From: Candidatus Bathyarchaeota archaeon
GTDB lineage: Archaea; Thermoproteota; Bathyarchaeia; Bathyarchaeales; Bathycorpusculaceae
DNA length: 64,000 bases
Direction: 5' to 3'
Assembly (NCBI GenBank): GCA_963707955.1
Contig: OY970176.1
Coordinates: forward strand, 256,001-320,000
The notes beneath the pieces are model-generated. The model was not told the origin of the DNA. It made no database searches and was given only the letters and a program-made list of their open reading frames with translations. Below are positions 59,156-64,000 of the stretch, one piece after another (the first letter of the stretch is position 1; every line of letters begins with the position of its first letter). A program made the position numbers and the translations under genes.

Positions 59156-59908
59156 CTAGGCTACCGGGTACTTCTCATATCTACGTCTCAAGTATGGCTG
59201 AAGACTGCGCGGATCCGCTTTAGTCTTATCTGTGACTGCCATAATGTCATGGTCCATCATGTCATAGTCATAGTTGTAGCCGAAGGCTCTCAAAAAGTGC
59301 TGAGTGATGTTTGGCAGTAAGGCTTTCACGATTTGCCATTCTCTCTTAACCCCGGCGATTTGAACGCTGTATCTATGCCTAACCGTTCCATCATGCAGCG
59401 TGTAGTCATGGCCCTTAATCAGATACCTTCTTTTCGTTAAGCTAAATGCGAACAGTCTAGGCTGATTCTTTGACCTTTTTCCTTCCTTGTCATATTCAGT
59501 TATGTCCTCTAGGTATTCCAGAATCAGCTTTGTAAAGCGCGCGCGCTCACCTTTCAGTGGCAGCCTCGCGGTTCGAAACAGAATCTTGTTAGCTTTCCTC
59601 TTGCCAACCAGAACGCCGAAGACGTTGATGTATGTCTGAGAGTCTTCTTTGTCGGCTGTGTGTTTCTCAAAGTTATCCGGCGTCAGTGGCAGGACTTCGC
59701 TGGCTCTGAAGTCACCTAGATAGAGTAGGGCAACGAGAGCGCGGTCCCTTCGCTGATAGAAGGCCATGTTAGACTTGTAGTCGATGCCAGGACTTTTCAT
59801 CAAGTTTTCATAGAGCTCTTTCGGTGTTGGATACTTCTCTATCTGCAGCAACGTGAGCCTAGAGGGTTTCTTATCTGAATCTTTTGAGGCCAAAGTCCTT
59901 CGCTTCAC
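59156..59908 (-). CDS. Tyrosine recombinase/integrase
   Basis: LYLGDFRASE, GKRK, QHFLRAFG, C-terminal PY. Confidence 0.8.
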   Translation of the reverse strand: MKRRTLASKDSDKKPSRLTLLQIEKYPTPKELYENLMKSPGIDYKSNMAFYQRRDRALVALLYLGDFRASEVLPLTPDNFEKHTADKEDSQTYINVFGVLVGKRKANKILFRTARLPLKGERARFTKLILEYLEDITEYDKEGKRSKNQPRLFAFSLTKRRYLIKGHDYTLHDGTVRHRYSVQIAGVKREWQIVKALLPNITQHFLRAFGYNYDYDMMDHDIMAVTDKTKADPRSLQPYLRRRYEKYPVA

Positions 59909-59946
59909 TTCTTATTAGGTTTATAATAAGACCTTTTATGGATGCT

Positions 59947-60759
59947 TCAATTCTGAGAATCGGTTTCATGGTTTGCATTACCACTTCGCTCTGCGTTACG
60001 TGTTACGCTCGCATACTCGCTGCAAATCTTGATAATACTTCTTTTTATTTGCTCACGACTCAACTTAGTGATAGTTTCTATTTCAGCGATAGACTTCCCC
60101 TCTGCACGTAACTGTGCAACCTGGCCGTCTCTATCTAGGTTGCCTAATGGTAACTTCTTTTTTAACGTGAAGATTGCAACATCCTTAGAGTTAAACCTAA
60201 TAGAAGTTCTAGGTATGTTACATAAAGTCCATGATTTTCCAGATACACGATCATTGATGATTGCGGTCTGTCTGCTAACCTTGTGAATGTATAAGTCAAG
60301 GATGTCCGTGTCTAGGATTTTGCGGTCTATGAAAACGTGGCTCGGGCTGATGGCAATAAAGCCACAGTCATAATGCCTGCACATTTGGATAACGTCAAAG
60401 ATTTCCACGTTCTTTTGACTCATAAAGCGCATCCTTCCCAAGTGGATCCCCGCTTCGTCGAGGATGTAGAGTTTCTTGCCGGGCCTCTGCAGCCATAGTT
60501 TAAGGCTCTCGAGATCTGTGATCTGTGCTTCTATCATGTAGCTTTCAGTCTTGATGTTCGTGGCTATGTGAGTATGATATTTTTGAACGTAGCATATTTC
60601 AGCTAGAAGCAACGAGAAATCTGTCTTGCCCTTATCCTTCCGGCCTTTGATGACAATTACGAACCCATCTTGTTCTAGGATAGGCTCAATGTCAGGGATG
60701 ATAGGAACAAGGACTTCAGCCTTACTTGTTGGCGGCCTGGCTAATTCTGTCCCGGACAT
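59947..60759 (-). CDS. Zot-like P-loop ATPase with C-terminal HTH
   Basis: KGRKDKGKT, ATNI, ILDEAG, RH; GKSIAEI..LSR. Confidence 0.7.
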   Translation of the reverse strand: MSGTELARPPTSKAEVLVPIIPDIEPILEQDGFVIVIKGRKDKGKTDFSLLLAEICYVQKYHTHIATNIKTESYMIEAQITDLESLKLWLQRPGKKLYILDEAGIHLGRMRFMSQKNVEIFDVIQMCRHYDCGFIAISPSHVFIDRKILDTDILDLYIHKVSRQTAIINDRVSGKSWTLCNIPRTSIRFNSKDVAIFTLKKKLPLGNLDRDGQVAQLRAEGKSIAEIETITKLSREQIKRSIIKICSEYASVTRNAERSGNANHETDSQN

Positions 60760-61066
60760 TCTTAGCACTCACGGTTTTTGATTGATCGCCCACGATCATG
60801 GACAGCCTGGTCAATTCGCCAAACCTTTCCATGCCTTCGACAATTCCGTTATAGTGAATGAGCTCTTTAATAAATTCCATAGTGTCCATACCGCTTCTCA
60901 AATCTTCTAAATGGTCCAGAACCCATAAAGCAATGGCAGTGTCAGGGTCAAGCCTTGCGATTTCGACATACTCAGGGAACTTTTTGCTAATGGCCATACC
61001 TAGCGTTAAATATTGCTGAAATCTGATGTAGGCGTCTTCCTCGTTTCTTCTATTTCGTTCAGTCAT
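60722..61066 (-). CDS. Hypothetical protein
   Basis: ORF in operon. Confidence 0.6.
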   Translation of the reverse strand: MTERNRRNEEDAYIRFQQYLTLGMAISKKFPEYVEIARLDPDTAIALWVLDHLEDLRSGMDTMEFIKELIHYNGIVEGMERFGELTRLSMIVGDQSKTVSAKNVRDRISQAANK

Positions 61067-61356
61067 ATCTTATCACGTGCTGCAGGGCATATTCTTCGCG
61101 TAGACTCTCGGCGAGCGCCTTCATTGCTTCCACATCGTCTAGCGCAATGATGGTTATCAGGTTTGATATCATTCTGAGGTCTTGCGGTGTGAAGGTTGGT
61201 TTCTTTTGTTTGGGTTTCATAGTTTTCACCATGACTTTGACAGGAACATATCAAAAGTGTATGGTGAAAGCTCGAGTGTGCGGGTTTGGTTAGCGCACTG
61301 CCTCGAGCCTTCAGCTTCGCGTCGACGCGCAATAGTGCCATAGCCAACGAACACCT

Positions 61357-61575
61357 TTAAGATTTTCTCTGATTCATAGCGTTAAAGCACTTCGCATGAT
61401 AAATCGTTCTGAAAGCATCATACTCGCCATAGGCCACATGATGCTTACTGACTGTGAGGTCACCATGCCGTAAGGCTTCACTACACAGGCAACATTCAAC
61501 ATGCTTGAACCCATCAGGATCCACAAACTTGTACACGTGAAGGGGCTTCATTGGCCTAGCCTCTGAATTTCCCAT
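61357..61575 (-). CDS. Small Zn-finger protein
   Basis: CCLC...YHAKC. Confidence 0.55.
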   Translation of the reverse strand: MGNSEARPMKPLHVYKFVDPDGFKHVECCLCSEALRHGDLTVSKHHVAYGEYDAFRTIYHAKCFNAMNQRKS

Positions 61576-61639
61576 GTAACAGAGTTACAGAGTTTATCGA
61601 GTTCCGAGAGTGTGTGACCATCCTTTTTACCATGCTTTT

Positions 61640-63037
61640 TCATGGTAGCGCACCCTCGGAACTTAGTAAACTCTGTAACTTCGTTACAAGTTCATAACCA
61701 TACTTTTTGGCAACCTTCCTAAGCTTGATGAGATCAAACTCGTAGCCTCTGACAACTACATCCTTCCCTTCGGAATCCTTCTCTCGCATAGCCTTAGACT
61801 TTCCGCTTATAACTTCTCTTAGGCGATAACCAACTTTATTCTTCGTGACCTTGAAGAAGTCACCAGTATCCATTTCGTTTGGCTTGTTCTCATTCAGTTT
61901 TCCGTCTAATTCAAGGCCTAATTCTTCCCATATCTTCTTTAAAGGCAGAGAATAAATTTGAGCCTTAGAATCAATTTGAGCCTCGTTGCATAGGTCCACA
62001 ACTACCTTAACGATTTTGCCCTCTAAAGTGTCCTGGCGGCCGCTTAACCTGGCTTTCCTCTGGTCTTCGACAAACCGGTACAAATCGCTGTAGATTGGAA
62101 GGTCACTCGTTATCTGCAGGATAGGCTTCCACAGTTCCTTGAGTCGTCCTTTCACGGTTAACTCAACATTTGGCAAGTCCTCTTGTCTACTGGTCATTCG
62201 CCACTTCAGAAGCATGTTTCTAAGGGTCCGTATGCGTTCTTTGTCAGTTCTTGACAAGTCACACCATTCTTTTTGCGGTGAGCCTTCAACCATAGACAAA
62301 AACATGAATCTCTCGTTAAACCCCTTCACTTGCGGTATCTGTTCACTAGCGCAAGCCTTGAAACAGAATGTTCGGTAATACTTGATTATGCGAGTGAAAT
62401 TCGTCATCAGAGTCCTCGGCACTACGGCGCCTTCTTTGTATCCGGCCTTGTAAATTTTGATTTTATCCGTGTCCTTTTGGATTCCTTGAACTTCATCCTC
62501 GAGTATGCAGCCTTGACCGTCAGAATCTTCCAAGTAGCCGTAGAGGTCAGCCGAAGGAATAGTGACGCCGTACATAGGCCGGTAGCATAGGCTCTTCAAG
62601 ACTTGCAGAACAGTTGATTTGCCACTTTCGTTATCGCCATAACAGAACAGGTACGGAACGGTCTGCAGTTTCTCTTGTTGATAGGTTAACAGTGTGCAGG
62701 CTGTCAAGACGTCTTTCCAAATAGGTTCAACGTCTATCCACGTTTCAAACTCGTTTCTAACCTGTCGGGCTAATTCCTCTCTTCCCGGCGTTTCTTGTTT
62801 GCAGTAGCCGTAAGGCTCGTATGGAATGTTCTGCCTCTCTTTTGGACTGATCGTTTCCTCTGCAAACTCTATCGTTTCGACCAGGCTGAAGCTGCCACCA
62901 TTCAACCGTAGAAAATAGGGTTTATCACTGTCATAGACAGCTTCAAAGCAACCATTCGAAAGAATGCCGGAGTCTTTGAGTTTCTTCCGTTGCTTCTTGT
63001 CTTTTTCTGTTTCTTCAAGTTCTTCAGTGAAGGCCAT
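61640..63037 (-). CDS. Primase-associated P-loop NTPase/helicase (DUF3631-like)
   Basis: TVPYL..GDNESGKST, ILEDE, GYKEG, R..ELW.P. Confidence 0.75.
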   Translation of the reverse strand: MAFTEELEETEKDKKQRKKLKDSGILSNGCFEAVYDSDKPYFLRLNGGSFSLVETIEFAEETISPKERQNIPYEPYGYCKQETPGREELARQVRNEFETWIDVEPIWKDVLTACTLLTYQQEKLQTVPYLFCYGDNESGKSTVLQVLKSLCYRPMYGVTIPSADLYGYLEDSDGQGCILEDEVQGIQKDTDKIKIYKAGYKEGAVVPRTLMTNFTRIIKYYRTFCFKACASEQIPQVKGFNERFMFLSMVEGSPQKEWCDLSRTDKERIRTLRNMLLKWRMTSRQEDLPNVELTVKGRLKELWKPILQITSDLPIYSDLYRFVEDQRKARLSGRQDTLEGKIVKVVVDLCNEAQIDSKAQIYSLPLKKIWEELGLELDGKLNENKPNEMDTGDFFKVTKNKVGYRLREVISGKSKAMREKDSEGKDVVVRGYEFDLIKLRKVAKKYGYELVTKLQSLLSSEGALP

Positions 63038-64000
63038 GTTTCTTTATCTCCTGCACGACTTCGCGGATCCCTGATATTCCTTTGAGGCATCTTTTGAGGC
63101 GGTTCTGATAGTGATAGTCAACTGAAGCAAGTCTAATGGCTCTTTGATCGTCACCGGTTCTCAGAACGACCTCTTCAATTATGCGTCTTGCCGATTCAAT
63201 GGAAACGCCTTTCCTCAGGCAGAAACCGAGAAAGTACATTTCAAGGTCGTTACGATAACCATGTATCCAATACTTGCACAGAAACGCTACGGATTTTTCC
63301 TCTTCCCTATTGCTTAATGGCTTGAAAGTCTTAGGCAGATTAAACATGGCTTGAACGTTGCTTTTCTGTTTTAAACTCAATATTCTCGCTATATCTGCTT
63401 CGCTGAAGCTGATGCCTTGAAAATCTGATAAGTACGTGTTCGGTAGAGGCGTCCAGGCTTCATGATCAAGTATTCTGGACCACTTCTGTTCTTTTTGGTG
63501 AAGGCCTAGAGGCAGCTTAACGAAGTTGCCGTAAGGCCGGTCTTCTGTCAACTCTGTTTGCTTCGGGAAAACCTCAACTTCCTTAGGATTCAAGTTTGAG
63601 AGCTCAAGTATGCGGTAGCCTAGCCACTGCGCCACTTTCGCGTCGACTGCAGGCGCGAAGAATATCCACACGTGAAAACTCGGATCAGAATATCGGCTTG
63701 CTTCCAACATGACGGCAGAAGGCCATATTCTAGGCTTCGGGGTTCCTTCCTCTTCCTTCACTTCGAAAATAACCGGCAGCAACTTGAGGACTGTTGTTTT
63801 CGGTTCTTTCAGTTTTTCCGGGTCAAAGTCAAAGCATAGGTACTTGACCGTGTTATCTGTGCCTAATTGATAGCTGCCAACAGTCTTACGACCCTGCAAG
63901 TGGTCGTTAAGCTGTTGAAAGGTCAACGGTTCCGCTATTCGACTGTAGCTTCCATCCTTATTCTGTTGACAATAACAGTCTTCCCGGTTCACGAAGAGGT
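63024..64000 (-). CDS. AEP primase-polymerase (TOTE-type domain) with PriCT-like tail, 5' end at window edge
   Basis: HLQG..TVGSY, CFDFD, FHVWIFF, EVFPKQ, GNFVKLPLG, GYRN. Confidence 0.85.
   Translation of the reverse strand, partial: LFVNREDCYCQQNKDGSYSRIAEPLTFQQLNDHLQGRKTVGSYQLGTDNTVKYLCFDFDPEKLKEPKTTVLKLLPVIFEVKEEEGTPKPRIWPSAVMLEASRYSDPSFHVWIFFAPAVDAKVAQWLGYRILELSNLNPKEVEVFPKQTELTEDRPYGNFVKLPLGLHQKEQKWSRILDHEAWTPLPNTYLSDFQGISFSEADIARILSLKQKSNVQAMFNLPKTFKPLSNREEEKSVAFLCKYWIHGYRNDLEMYFLGFCLRKGVSIESARRIIEEVVLRTGDDQRAIRLASVDYHYQNRLKRCLKGISGIREVVQEIKKHGLH

Larger units (their letters stand above)
58966..64000. mobile_element. Second integrated element (plasmid/virus-like), continues beyond window
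   Basis: Integrase, Zot-like ATPase, P-loop helicase and AEP primase, all on the minus strand; lower GC. Confidence 0.85.

Overview
Archaeal chromosomal window, most likely TACK/Bathyarchaeia (inferred from single-OB SSB, aIF2-beta, RIO1, the KH-domain protein, DUF373, acdB and integrase type). The backbone is housekeeping: M20 peptidase, acdB, MTAP, uppS, YchF, a 2-oxoacid/acetoin dehydrogenase E1a-E1b-E2 cluster with two Zn-ADHs, radical SAM, pyrG, a GAF histidine kinase, a ParB-ASCH fusion, malic enzyme, ssb, gcvPA/PB, cobO, aIF2b, rio1 and tRNA-His. Two mobile regions interrupt it. (1) A 12.2-kb element (28628-40867) is bounded by a perfect 15-bp direct repeat overlapping the ssb TATA box, and is followed by remnants of two older elements that used the same site. 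It encodes an integrase with a non-canonical active site, an Sm-like protein, an AAA+ replication ATPase, a second tyrosine recombinase, and a prohead protease plus tail-like genes, but no capsid, portal or terminase, which makes it satellite-like. It also carries a perfect 26-bp palindrome resembling the phage N15 telomere-resolution core and about 18 copies of TCAGAGG. (2) A second element (integrase, Zot-like ATPase, P-loop helicase, AEP primase) begins at about 59.0 kb, right after a ~630-nt ORF-poor, G-U-helix-rich region that looks like an unannotated large structured RNA. Other points: (GC)n runs sit at the breakpoints of decayed gene fragments, a ~190-bp dispersed repeat occurs twice, and several genes carry single-base frameshifts. 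All protein calls come from motif recognition by eye; no database search was run.
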